Assembly (NCBI GenBank): GCA_963811165.1
Contig: CAWEQH010000001.1
Span: 128,001 to 192,000, forward strand
From: an uncultured Nitrospiraceae bacterium
Lineage (GTDB): Bacteria > Nitrospirota > Thermodesulfovibrionia > Thermodesulfovibrionales > UBA6898
Reading direction: 5' to 3'
Length of the DNA stretch: 64,000 nt
This document shows, in pieces, positions 11,822 through 20,565 of this stretch. Numbering within the stretch: position 1 is the first letter of the stretch; each line of letters opens with the position of its first letter. The notes beneath the pieces are model-generated. The model was not told the origin of the DNA. It saw nothing but the letters and a program-made list of their open reading frames with translations, and searched no databases. The position numbers and the translations under genes were made by a program.

Positions 11822-11959
11822 TGTTTACAGGCATGCCTCATTGACCCACTTTATAACCTTTTCGGTATTCAGTATTCACCCATGACCCGGCCTCCACGTT
11901 ATTAAATCAATTTGCCGCTGAACACCCCGGTCGAACTTGGACTTCAGTGCCGATGCACA
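11822..11959 (+). mobile_element. IS21-end-like MITE copy A (internally deleted)
   Basis: Shares TGTT.ACAGGCATGC..ATTGACCCACT and TTATTAAATCAAT..GCCGCTGAACACCC..TTCAGTGCCGATG.ACA with copies at 19828 and 21801. Confidence 0.7.
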
Positions 11960-12061
11960 TATTTACCTGCCCGGATGGCATTATAGCCCATATTGTGGAC
12001 CGGAAGGGGGGGCTTAGCAGCTCGCTGCTTTTTGATATTATGTTAGTAAATTACTGTACTT

Positions 12062-13492
12062 TTGGCGTCATTTTCCCTTATAATTACGGACCAGCCCGGG
12101 CTGTTCGTCGAAAATATGCTGATAGGAATAATCTTAACAATATCCGTTTTGATACAGTTGGCAACCGCTTTTATGGCTATAAAGCTCATAAAGGTAACAG
12201 GCAAACGTATTTCCTGGGGTCTCATCTCCTTATCCATCCTCTTTATGGCCGTCAGGCGCAGCATGGCGCTCCTACAGTTCCTTACGGACGGCAATCGGTC
12301 ACAACCGGGGCTGCTGCCTTTTGTAACAGCCGGACTGATCACCTCCGCCCTGATGATGGCTGGAGTCATATTGATATCTCCTTTATTCAATTCCATGGCC
12401 GAGGAAATTACCAGGCGCAAGAAGACAGAAGAAGCATTGAGCGAAAGTGAAAAAAGACTGAGCAGTGTTACAGCAAATTTGGCGGAAGGTATTTATGTTT
12501 TAGATAAAAGCGGACGCCTGACCTTCATGAATCCCGAGGCAGAACGCCTTCTAGGATGGTCCCTTGAAGAATTGAACGAGCATGGGCCCCATACTCTTGT
12601 CCATTTCCGCAGACCCGACGGTACGCCTCTTCCATTAGAAGAGTGCAGGATCCACAACGTCTCCAAGACCGGGAAGGTCTTCTCTTCGACAGATGAGGTA
12701 TTTGTGCGGAAAGACGGCACTGTTTTCCCTATTTCTGTTATCACCAGCCCAATCAGGGAAAACGGCGAGCTCATCGCCTCTGTAACAGTATTCCAGGACT
12801 TCACCGAGAAAAAACAACTGGACGACCGGCTCAAGAAATCCCTTTCCGAAAAAGAAATTCTGCTCAGAGAGGTGCATCACAGGGTCAAGAACAATATGAT
12901 GGTCATCAGCAGTCTGCTGCGGATTCGGTCGAAGGCCTTCGACGAGCCGAAATCCCTGGAGATCTTCAGGGAATGCCAAAACCGCATCGGGACCATGATG
13001 AAAATATATGAAAAACTCTATAGGGCACCGGACCTGACGCGGGTGAATTTTAATGAGTATATCAGGGACCTGACCATCATCCTTTTTGATTCCTATAATA
13101 TCGATCCCGATAGAATTGGGGTGGAACTTTCGTTATCGGATTTACCGATCGATATCGAAAAGGCAATACCATGCGGCCTGATCATCAATGAACTGATCAG
13201 CAATGCCCTGAAATACGGCTTCCCAGACGGCAGGAGCGGCGTTATCAGGGTCTCCCTTCGTCCTCTGGATAAGGCTACGGCGGAGCTGATAGTGTATAAC
13301 AACGGACTGGAGATACCGGAAACCATAGATATCCATAGTACGGAAACCTTCGGGTTGCAGCTTGTGCGCCTGCTGGCAAAGCAGCTTGGGGGAGAGTATC
13401 GGTTAAAAAGAGAGCACGGGACGGAATTTAGGATCGCTTTCAAATACGGGCCGTTCCGCCATAAGACCAGGCGGCACCATACTGCGAGATAA
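12062..13492 (+). CDS. Membrane PAS-domain sensor histidine kinase (HisKA_2 type)
   Basis: TM segments, PAS (NPEAERLLGW), EVHHRVKNN, NELISNALKY; true start may be ATG 12116. Confidence 0.9.
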   Translation: MASFSLIITDQPGLFVENMLIGIILTISVLIQLATAFMAIKLIKVTGKRISWGLISLSILFMAVRRSMALLQFLTDGNRSQPGLLPFVTAGLITSALMMAGVILISPLFNSMAEEITRRKKTEEALSESEKRLSSVTANLAEGIYVLDKSGRLTFMNPEAERLLGWSLEELNEHGPHTLVHFRRPDGTPLPLEECRIHNVSKTGKVFSSTDEVFVRKDGTVFPISVITSPIRENGELIASVTVFQDFTEKKQLDDRLKKSLSEKEILLREVHHRVKNNMMVISSLLRIRSKAFDEPKSLEIFRECQNRIGTMMKIYEKLYRAPDLTRVNFNEYIRDLTIILFDSYNIDPDRIGVELSLSDLPIDIEKAIPCGLIINELISNALKYGFPDGRSGVIRVSLRPLDKATAELIVYNNGLEIPETIDIHSTETFGLQLVRLLAKQLGGEYRLKREHGTEFRIAFKYGPFRHKTRRHHTAR

Positions 13493-13525
13493 CCCGCAGC
13501 TGGCGAGTATGTGATTTATGGGAAT

Positions 13526-15307
13526 TCATGCTCCCGGCATCTGTGCACATTCATTGAAGATCCGCACTTTACAATACCGACACCTTTCAGGGTCCAGTCT
13601 CGGCACAATACTTTTTATTGCCGCGACCTTTGAGTGGAAAACATTTACTTCTCCAATGCTCTTATTGCAGCCCCCCCGTTTCATGACGTCTATCACCTCG
13701 CCCTTGAGTGAACAGAGATACAACTGCCTTCCGTTGGCTCGCAGACGATGGGCCTCCTGGTTAAGTGTCTGACATCCTGCGACATCGATGAAGTTTATCC
13801 CGCCTCCCACAATCAGGATGTGCGCCTGTTCGGGGTATTTTTTTGTTATTTGGTCTAACTGTTCTGCCACATGGGTTACCGCACCAAAAAAGATTGAACC
13901 GTCAATCCTGATTATTTTGAGTTGTGGACATTCCGACAGAGGCTTCTTCTGCACATTTATGAAACTCTTCTTTTTGCTATCAGGGTCAGGGGCAAGGGTC
14001 ACAAAGGTCGGATGGGATGTCCGGTTAAGATAAAGCAGCAGCGAAAGAATTACCCCTACATAGATAGCGAATTCGAGCTCCACAAATAATGTTGAGAGAA
14101 ATGTCGCAATGAGTATCCCGGCCTCAGGCTTGCTTGTCCTCATAATAGAGGCAATATGGTGTGTGTCAACGAGATTATACGCGACCAAAAAAAGAATGCC
14201 GGCCATTGAGGCTATGGGCAGATAGGCGGTAAGAGGGGCTATGAGCAGTACTATGCCGGTCAGCGTTATCGCAGCAAAGGCAGCGGCCAATGGCGTCTTG
14301 GCGCCCGCTTCGTAGTTCACTCCCGTGCGGGTGAACGACCCGGACGAGGCATAGCTCGAAAAGAAACTCCCGATGATATTGGAGAGTCCCTGCCCGATGA
14401 ATTCCTGATTGCTGTCAATGCGCTGTTCAGATTTTGTTGCGATTGATCGGGCAATGGATACCGCCTCGGCAAGCCCGAGCATGGCAACAGCCAGGGCAGG
14501 AGGCGCAAGCTGGCGCAAGGAAGTGGTCGTAATGACAGGATGCGACAGGGGCGGCAGATGAGAAGGAAGAGAGCCCACGAGTCTGATCCCGTGCTCGTTC
14601 CCCTTCACCAGCAGGGCCATGACGCTGCCGGCTATCATTGCTATCAGCATGCCGGGCCACTTGGGCTTAAGGATTTTTAAAACTACTGCGATGAGTAACG
14701 TACTAAGACCTATGAACAGGACATAGAGGTTTGTCTCGGGAAGGCTCGATAGTGTATCTGCCCAAATATGGACGAAAGAGTGTTTTTTGGGTGCGGTGAT
14801 ACCCAGGATATTGCTTAGTTGGCTTGTTGCAATGAGTATCGAAGCGCCTGCGGTGAACCCTACCACGACAGAGTGAGAAACGAAATTCACCAGGGAACCG
14901 AGACGGGCAACGCCCAACGCTAATTGGAAAAACCCGGCGAGAAAGGTCAGGGTCAACACCATCTGAATATACTCGGCGCTTGAAGGCGGCGCCAGAGGGC
15001 TCAGTGATGTGAAGATCACAATCGATATTGCGGTGGTAGGCCCGGAGATGAGATGACGGGACGACCCAAATAAAGCGGCAATAATTGCAGGAACTATCGC
15101 TGAATAAAGACCGTATTCGGGAGGCAGTCCTGCAATAATTGCAAAAGCCACTCCCTGAGGCAAAACGATAATCGCACCGGTTATTCCCGCGATAATGTCG
15201 GCCCGCATACTTCGGCGGCTGACCATAGACCACCACCGCAAGGGAGGAAAGAACTTCTTTAGAGACACCTTTTCTTGTCCGGCTGCTGATTCTTCATTGT
15301 CCTTCAT
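13526..15307 (-). CDS. SulP/SLC26 anion transporter with STAS domain
   Basis: DIIAGITG, PQGVAFAIIAG, NQEFIGQG, STAS (DGSIFFG, INFID). Confidence 0.93.
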   Translation of the reverse strand: MKDNEESAAGQEKVSLKKFFPPLRWWSMVSRRSMRADIIAGITGAIIVLPQGVAFAIIAGLPPEYGLYSAIVPAIIAALFGSSRHLISGPTTAISIVIFTSLSPLAPPSSAEYIQMVLTLTFLAGFFQLALGVARLGSLVNFVSHSVVVGFTAGASILIATSQLSNILGITAPKKHSFVHIWADTLSSLPETNLYVLFIGLSTLLIAVVLKILKPKWPGMLIAMIAGSVMALLVKGNEHGIRLVGSLPSHLPPLSHPVITTTSLRQLAPPALAVAMLGLAEAVSIARSIATKSEQRIDSNQEFIGQGLSNIIGSFFSSYASSGSFTRTGVNYEAGAKTPLAAAFAAITLTGIVLLIAPLTAYLPIASMAGILFLVAYNLVDTHHIASIMRTSKPEAGILIATFLSTLFVELEFAIYVGVILSLLLYLNRTSHPTFVTLAPDPDSKKKSFINVQKKPLSECPQLKIIRIDGSIFFGAVTHVAEQLDQITKKYPEQAHILIVGGGINFIDVAGCQTLNQEAHRLRANGRQLYLCSLKGEVIDVMKRGGCNKSIGEVNVFHSKVAAIKSIVPRLDPERCRYCKVRIFNECAQMPGA

Positions 15308-15417
15308 GGTTCTCCGAATTCCATCTGAGATAGTGTTAGCTTTTTTTCTTCTCTTCTTATTTAAAGTATAGCACCGACCAATTATTCACGATAACCGCTC
15401 ACGGCTTCCCCGATGGC

Positions 15418-15447
15418 TTGACAATAATAATTCTTTGATAATATAAT
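15418..15447 (+). promoter_or_regulatory. Sigma70-type promoter for the Fur/PerR cluster
   Basis: TTGACA-18 bp-TATAAT in an AT-rich, AATAAT-repeated context compatible with a Fur-family box. Confidence 0.6.
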
Positions 15448-15466
15448 CTATCTAATAAGAATAATT

Positions 15467-15913
15467 ATGGTAAATGCAAGATACGATCGTCGCAAGAATT
15501 TAGGAATCAAGCTGACTCCACAGCGGTTAGCGATTCTGGATTATCTTGAAGGAAATAAAAACCATCCTTCAGCCGATGATATCTATAAAGCGATAAAAAA
15601 GACATTCCCGACTATGTCGTTTGCGACGGTGTACACGACACTCGATACACTTAGACGGCGGGGTATGCTTACTGAGCTTACAATTGACCCCGCTAAGAAG
15701 CGGTTTGACCCGAACACCGAAAAGCACCATCACCTTATCTGTACCGAATGTAAGAAGGTCATCGATGTTCATATGGATTTCTGTCTCGATCTTCCCGCCG
15801 TGGTTGCTGATGGGTTTAAGGTAACCGGAAATCATATCGAGTTTTACGGCAAATGCCCAGCGTGCGGGCCGAAAAATATTAATGCTCTTTCAGGAGGAAA
15901 GTCATGTGTGTAG
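15467..15913 (+). CDS. Fur-family regulator, PerR-like
   Basis: LTPQRLAIL, HPSADDIY, ATVYTTL, HHHLICTEC, CPAC; redox-gene neighbours. Confidence 0.9.
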   Translation: MVNARYDRRKNLGIKLTPQRLAILDYLEGNKNHPSADDIYKAIKKTFPTMSFATVYTTLDTLRRRGMLTELTIDPAKKRFDPNTEKHHHLICTECKKVIDVHMDFCLDLPAVVADGFKVTGNHIEFYGKCPACGPKNINALSGGKSCV

Positions 15914-16374
15914 ATCATTCGCTTGTTTGCAAATGCGGCAATGGCAGCGCTGGTTTTAATTTTAAGGATGAGGTCATGCCTCCGGAAGTCGTCAACAGAC
16001 TCTACTGCCCGAAATGCTCCGGGGAGACGTCATTCATTCCCGAGACAATGCTCAGTGACAACGGCTGGATCATAGAATACAACATGGAGATCGCCAGGTT
16101 CATGGGACAGAAGATCCAGAAGGCCGCTATAACGCCGGAATTTCTCTTTGACGAGGGGTACTGCACCTGGCGCGGAGTGTATCCTGCCGACCATATCGAT
16201 TCCGTCAGTGAACGTGCGGAACTGGTCAGGCTGGCAAAAGTGAACCCCAGAAAATACCTTGAGGAATTTAAGCGATGGGGCATTGAACGTATGGAACGCC
16301 TCGCTCAGGAAGGCTGGAGGAAGGCGAATGTCCTGTCGCAGCAGGTCCCGGAAAAAGAGCCCATGCAGTACTAA
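15904..16374 (+). CDS. Cys-rich hypothetical protein
   Basis: Overlaps the fur stop; AGGAGG SD; CKC and YCPKC motifs. Confidence 0.75.
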   Translation: MCVDHSLVCKCGNGSAGFNFKDEVMPPEVVNRLYCPKCSGETSFIPETMLSDNGWIIEYNMEIARFMGQKIQKAAITPEFLFDEGYCTWRGVYPADHIDSVSERAELVRLAKVNPRKYLEEFKRWGIERMERLAQEGWRKANVLSQQVPEKEPMQY

Positions 16375-16536
16375 AAACATGCCGACGCCGTAGACCGTGA
16401 TATGTCCTCATTGCGGCGGGAAGCAGAGATATGGACTGACGGGCCCGGGGCGAACTGTCCTGCAGGCAAAGCATAACTCTCGCAGCGTAAATAATAACGA
16501 GTTCTGCTCAAAAAAATATCGAATTGAGGGGGCAAA

Positions 16537-17016
16537 ATGGAGATTTCAGTAGAAAAAATACCGGGCGGGTTCAGAGTCGATGGCCTGGAGCTGAAGAACG
16601 GCAAATGCGGCTGCACATCTGTGCTCCCATGTTGCTACAGCTGGTCAAAGGTGAAGAGAAATGGAAATACCTTTGTCTTCACAGCCAAGGCAACCGGACC
16701 TGATACTACTGATGTGTATCAGTGGAAGTATACGGTAAGAAAGGGGGATTTTGTTGTCGAGGTTACCATGGATGACGCGCGCGACAAAACGATATTCTCC
16801 GGCTATTATCCCCCACTGCTTGGGGAGTGGACTCGCAATGGGTGGGAGGTCGTGTCGAAAGAGGGAGACCGGGAGGACGGTATACTGTGGAGATGTGCGG
16901 CGTGCAAGTGGCTGTATAAGGAAGACGAGCAGACCGCCCGCTTTGAAGATCTCCCCAGCGACTGGAAATGCCCGGTATGTAAGGCTGGAAAGAACGCATT
17001 TGAAAAAATAGCATAA
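16537..17016 (+). CDS. Cys-rich N-terminal domain + rubredoxin domain protein
   Basis: N-terminal CGCTSVLPCC; C-terminal WRCAAC...FEDLPSDWKCPVC. Confidence 0.85.
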   Translation: MEISVEKIPGGFRVDGLELKNGKCGCTSVLPCCYSWSKVKRNGNTFVFTAKATGPDTTDVYQWKYTVRKGDFVVEVTMDDARDKTIFSGYYPPLLGEWTRNGWEVVSKEGDREDGILWRCAACKWLYKEDEQTARFEDLPSDWKCPVCKAGKNAFEKIA

Positions 17017-17077
17017 AACAGGAAATAACTATAGCTGAAGTTTCAGTGAAGTAAACCATGGAAAGGAGATATGTGTG

Positions 17078-17194
17078 ATGGCAAAAAAAGGAGAACAGTA
17101 CAGATGCAGTATATGCGGCAATGAAGTTGAGGTGACAAAGGCAGGAGCAGGCACGCTCTTTTGCTGCGGTAAACCGATGGAGCAAATTATGTAA
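17078..17194 (+). CDS. Desulforedoxin-like protein (38 aa; below ORF-track cutoff)
   Basis: MAKKGEQYRCSICGNEVEVTKAGAGTLFCCGKPMEQIM after GAAAGGAG SD: CxxC...CC motif. Confidence 0.88.
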   Translation: MAKKGEQYRCSICGNEVEVTKAGAGTLFCCGKPMEQIM

Positions 17195-17201
17195 TGATAC
17201 T

Positions 17202-17228
17202 CCCCGCCGCTGGCGGCGGGGCTTTATT
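17202..17228 (+). terminator. Probable intrinsic terminator
   Basis: CCCCGCCGC-TG-GCGGCGGGG followed by CTTTATT. Confidence 0.55.
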
Positions 17229-17270
17229 CCCTTTAAAGAGATCATCCGATAACAAAAAGGAGACAGTAAT

Positions 17271-17402
17271 ATGTGGAAATGCAGTGTCTGCGCGTATGAA
17301 TATGATGAAGCTGCTGAAGGGACGCCGTTTGAAAAACTGCCTGATGACTGGAAATGTCCGGTATGCAATGCACCGAAAGATGCTTTTGAAAAAATCAAAT
17401 AG
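17271..17402 (+). CDS. Rubredoxin (43 aa; below ORF-track cutoff)
   Basis: [43 protein letters not shown] after AAGGAG SD. Confidence 0.92.
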   Translation: MWKCSVCAYEYDEAAEGTPFEKLPDDWKCPVCNAPKDAFEKIK

Positions 17403-17440
17403 GGGGAGCCGGCTAAAAAAATGGACGGGGAAATAAGCGG

Positions 17441-17650
17441 ATGTTTATAGCCTTAGTGAATTGGGACAAATGCACGGGTTGTGCGAATTGCATAGACGCT
17501 TGTCCGGTCAAGTGTTTTAAGATGTCAGACGGTAAGAGCGATCCTCACCGGTCGGCCTATTGTATCAACTGTGGTACCTGCCTGGAGGTCTGTCCCACCG
17601 ACGCCATCGTGATCAGCATTGGCTGGGGTACAACGGCATTGCGTAGGTAA
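17441..17650 (+). CDS. 2x[4Fe-4S] ferredoxin
   Basis: CTGCANCIDACP and CINCGTCLEVCP. Confidence 0.9.
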   Translation: MFIALVNWDKCTGCANCIDACPVKCFKMSDGKSDPHRSAYCINCGTCLEVCPTDAIVISIGWGTTALRR

Positions 17651-18015
17651 TAATAGGCGAATTCCATATACTTTCAGACAGAAGTCACTGCCTTTTAATG
17701 AGGACCCTAAATCGTTAACGTATCGTTTCGCGGGGATAATTTATTTAGAGGGTCAAAGGTCGAGGCCGGTTAACACTGAGCAGAATAATTTTGCGTGCCC
17801 AGCGGGTCTGATCCCCGTTATGGTGCAGAAACAGTAAGTTAGCCGTATTATGAAAGGTTGCCGGGATAATTATCGGACTTCCCACAGCAATATTACCTTG
17901 TTTCCTAAGAACACATCACCTTGTCGAGTACGATGTTCTTCCAATTGTACGAAAACCCTGAGGGGAGTAACCTAGAATCAGAACAAGGGAAAAAAGAGAA
18001 AAGGAGGACAAGAAA

Positions 18016-18396
18016 ATGTTAAAACACAATGCAGGTAACAAGGTCGGAAAAGGAACATACTGGAACTTCTCTACTGGTGAACGGATCGACATCAGCGCCG
18101 AAGGCGTACTTCCCGGCGGAAAGAAGGACGTATATTACAGGCTCCCGGCAACCGGGATCTTGGTCGCGGCGCCGGTATTGGGGCTGCTCTATGCAGCTTT
18201 TCTGCCTTTCATCGGGATTGCGATGCTCGTGAAGGTGGTCCTCAGGAAGGTGGCTTCTACAGTGACGGCTCCAACCCAGAGGGCGGCATCATTTGGCTGG
18301 AGACCGAGCGAATCCTATCTCGCCGGCAAGAAGAAGGGTTCAGAAGCGGCAAAGAAGGACGAAGGCGGGGAGAGCCCCGGGAACAAAGAAGACTGA
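18016..18396 (+). CDS. Hypothetical membrane protein
   Basis: AAGGAGG SD; one hydrophobic hairpin (APVLGLLYAAFLPFIG); followed by a terminator. Confidence 0.75.
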   Translation: MLKHNAGNKVGKGTYWNFSTGERIDISAEGVLPGGKKDVYYRLPATGILVAAPVLGLLYAAFLPFIGIAMLVKVVLRKVASTVTAPTQRAASFGWRPSESYLAGKKKGSEAAKKDEGGESPGNKED

Positions 18397-18415
18397 TATC
18401 TTCTGCCGAACATAG

Positions 18416-18443
18416 AAAAAGGCCCCTTTTTGGGGCCTTTTTT
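18416..18443. terminator. Bidirectional intrinsic terminator
   Basis: AAAAA-GGCCCC-TTTTT-GGGGCC-TTTTT. Confidence 0.8.
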
Positions 18444-18487
18444 GTTTTCCCGCATTTTTTTTGCATAGCCTCTCTTATCTCTTTGAA

Positions 18488-18826
18488 TCAACGTTCATTA
18501 TATTTCGTACCGTTATCTTTGGCCAGTTCCACCGGATATTTCTTTTCATTCAGTTCGATCTTGTCAAGGACCGCGTTTTCGATGTCGAGTTTGTCGGCAA
18601 GGCGGACAAGGTAGATCATCACGTCCGCGACCTCCTGCCGGATCTGGGTCATCTCTTTTTCGTTATGGATTATCTCTTTCGATTGCCCGTCCGTAAGCCA
18701 CTGGAATATTTCGAGGAGCTCGGCAGTCTCTGCAGCGAGTGCCATCGAGAGATTCTTTGGAGTATGGAATTGGGACCAGTTGCGGGCCTGCGCGAAGGAG
18801 GCGAGTTTTTTTCTAATCTCGGCTAA
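18488..18826 (-). CDS. MazG-like nucleotide pyrophosphohydrolase (start codon unclear, possibly damaged)
   Basis: RNWSQFHTPKNLSMALAAETAELLE...EVADV..YL...NEKKYP; homology extends upstream of the called ATG to an in-frame TAG with no start codon. Confidence 0.8.
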   Translation of the reverse strand, partial: LAEIRKKLASFAQARNWSQFHTPKNLSMALAAETAELLEIFQWLTDGQSKEIIHNEKEMTQIRQEVADVMIYLVRLADKLDIENAVLDKIELNEKKYPVELAKDNGTKYNER

Positions 18827-18911
18827 ATTCCTCTAATTTTATCCCCAAAAGTATCGATCAGCAATGATGAATTATACGGGTTAAATGTCATTATTTTTGA
18901 TATAATAAATT

Positions 18912-19109
18912 GTGCCTAGGAAATCCTTAAAACAGACCAATCCTTACCTGATGGACCCTGAATTGGGCAAGGAATTGATGTATCAATCCGTCTCCTCATC
19001 AACGGCGGTCGAAGGAGTCCTTATTAAGTATCCCAAGATGACAAAATCAGCGGAAAAGAAGCTGAAAGAGATCATCGCGGTTCACAAGCCCTTAGCGTCT
19101 TACGAATAA
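18912..19109 (+). CDS. Putative Fic antitoxin
   Basis: 65 aa with S-T-A-V-E-G matching the (S/T)xxxE(G/N) Fic-inhibitory motif; overlaps the fic 3' end; TATAAT 5 nt upstream. Confidence 0.55.
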   Translation: MPRKSLKQTNPYLMDPELGKELMYQSVSSSTAVEGVLIKYPKMTKSAEKKLKEIIAVHKPLASYE

Positions 19110-19383
19110 CCGCTGTAAAGACCTTTTCCATCGGGCCATAATCTCTGTCCATCCCAGACTGGACTGCTTTAATATACTGCGTCTTCCCCAAGCCTATCAT
19201 GTCTTTGAAATCGAGAGGCGGCAAGCCGGCCTGGAGAGCCATCAATATGGCCAACATTCTTGCAACTCTTCCGTTTCCCTCGCGGAAGGGATGAATGAGA
19301 ACTAATTCCGTATGCACAATAGCGAGGGCTTTGGTGATGTCACCGTATGACTTAAAATGGCAAGGTGTGTACTCGCGGAGCGC
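19072..19383 (-). pseudogene. Fic-family toxin, C-terminal fragment
   Basis: HPFREGNGRVAR Fic motif; N-terminal half replaced by MITE copy B. Confidence 0.8.
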
Positions 19384-19489
19384 CCGGCCTGCAAGGCCCG
19401 GGAACTCCGCGTCATCAAATCAATTAGCCGCTGAACTCCGTGGCGAACTTGGACGCCGATGGTGGGTCAATTTTCGGTGCCGATATACA
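19384..19489 (+). mobile_element. IS21-end-like MITE copy B (left end missing)
   Basis: AAATCAATTAGCCGCTGAAC..ACTTGGACGCCGATGGTGGGTCAATTTTCGGTGCCGATATACA. Confidence 0.7.
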
Positions 19490-19597
19490 ATCTTTCCAGT
19501 GGTGATATAATTATATAAATGCATATTTCACCCGGTAATAATTGGTTGGAGTCTAAAAAGCAAAATAAAGAACCATGGTGAAAAAGGGGAAAAAAGG

Positions 19598-19816
19598 ATG
19601 ATAGTCGAAGAAGGTCAGCTTAAGGGAGAATTCAGAGGATTCAAAAACCCCGACACGATTTTCGAGTTTAATGGTGGAGGCAAATGGCAACAGGCACAGT
19701 ATAAGTCCCACAATCATTACGCGTATATGCCGCACGCGAAGGTCATTCTAAATGGTGGACGTTATGTGCTCCATGTCGAAGGAATCAAGGATGCAGTTGA
19801 GGTGCTTAAGGCGTAA
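19598..19816 (+). CDS. Small beta-rich hypothetical protein
   Basis: AAGGA SD; GEFRGF..DTIF....KWQQ..Y...HYAYMP pattern; sits between two MITE copies. Confidence 0.65.
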   Translation: MIVEEGQLKGEFRGFKNPDTIFEFNGGGKWQQAQYKSHNHYAYMPHAKVILNGGRYVLHVEGIKDAVEVLKA

Positions 19817-19827
19817 GTGGGGTCACC

Positions 19828-19991
19828 TGTTAACAGGCATGCTTAATTTACCTACCTTATAGCCTTATCGGCATTCAACCGAGACTTGGCCTCCGAGACC
19901 CCGTAACTTCTCGTTATTAAATCAATTAGCCACTGACACCCAGCCAAAGTTTGGACGCCGATGGCGGGCCAATTTTCAGTGCCGAGGTACA
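19828..19991 (+). mobile_element. IS21-end-like MITE copy C (164 bp)
   Basis: TG...CA ends; left TGTTAACAGGCATGCTTAATT, right AATTTTCAGTGCCGAGGTACA. Confidence 0.75.
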
Positions 19992-20050
19992 GTTCCATCA
20001 GGGCAGAGCACAGTACAGTTGGGTTATATTGAAGGTTGCCCGGCTATGAC

Positions 20051-20227
20051 TAGAACCTATCTCAAAATTAGTTTCTGTCCTTTTGTCGTCATTCCGGGCT
20101 TGACCCGGAATCCAGTGACTTTGCTGTGTTGTTATTAGAGACGAGGAGTTGCGAATTACTAATTTAGGAGATTAGAGTCGCTGGATGCCGGTTTCCACCG
20201 GCATGACTAATTTTGAGAGAGGTTCTA
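20051..20227. mobile_element. TA-bounded MITE enclosing a REP-like palindrome
   Basis: 21-bp inverted repeats TAGAACCTATCTCAAAATTAG / CTAATTTTGAGAGAGGTTCTA (1 mismatch); inside, GTCATTCCGGGCTTGACCCGGAATCCAG...CTGGATGCCGGTTTCCACCGGCATGAC. Confidence 0.75.
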
Positions 20228-20244
20228 AGTATTTAATGGGCATC

Positions 20245-20424
20245 TTATCGGGGTATATCCTCAACCCAGAGGATATATTTCTTAAACGACGCGTTCTTAA
20301 GGGAATTGTAAAGCTTCTTATCCGCAGTGACCATGCGGGAGGAAGTCTTTAAGGAAAGCGCAATATACAGACTGTCATAAAAACTTAGCCGGTAGGAGTC
20401 CGCCAAAGTCCATGCATATTCGAA
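20245..20424 (-). pseudogene. VapC/PIN toxin C-terminal remnant
   Basis: Own translation: FEYAWTLADSYRLSFYDSLYIALSLKTSSRMVTADKKLYNSLK...; YDxLYIAL and VTADKKL are PIN motifs. Confidence 0.72.
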
Positions 20425-20565
20425 GGTTGCAGCCCCTGCAATCTATGCCGAATGCCACCCGAACCCAGAAATTTTTTAACACTTTTAAAAGAGCAGGCCC
20501 CAACTATATCCCTGAAGAACACTTTCTCTATTTTATTTTTTATCACTGATCTTACCTCACGCGTT

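Noticed and set aside
17650..18015. Possible riboswitch or sRNA in the long leader
   Set aside because: No recognisable aptamer motif or terminator; would need an Rfam search
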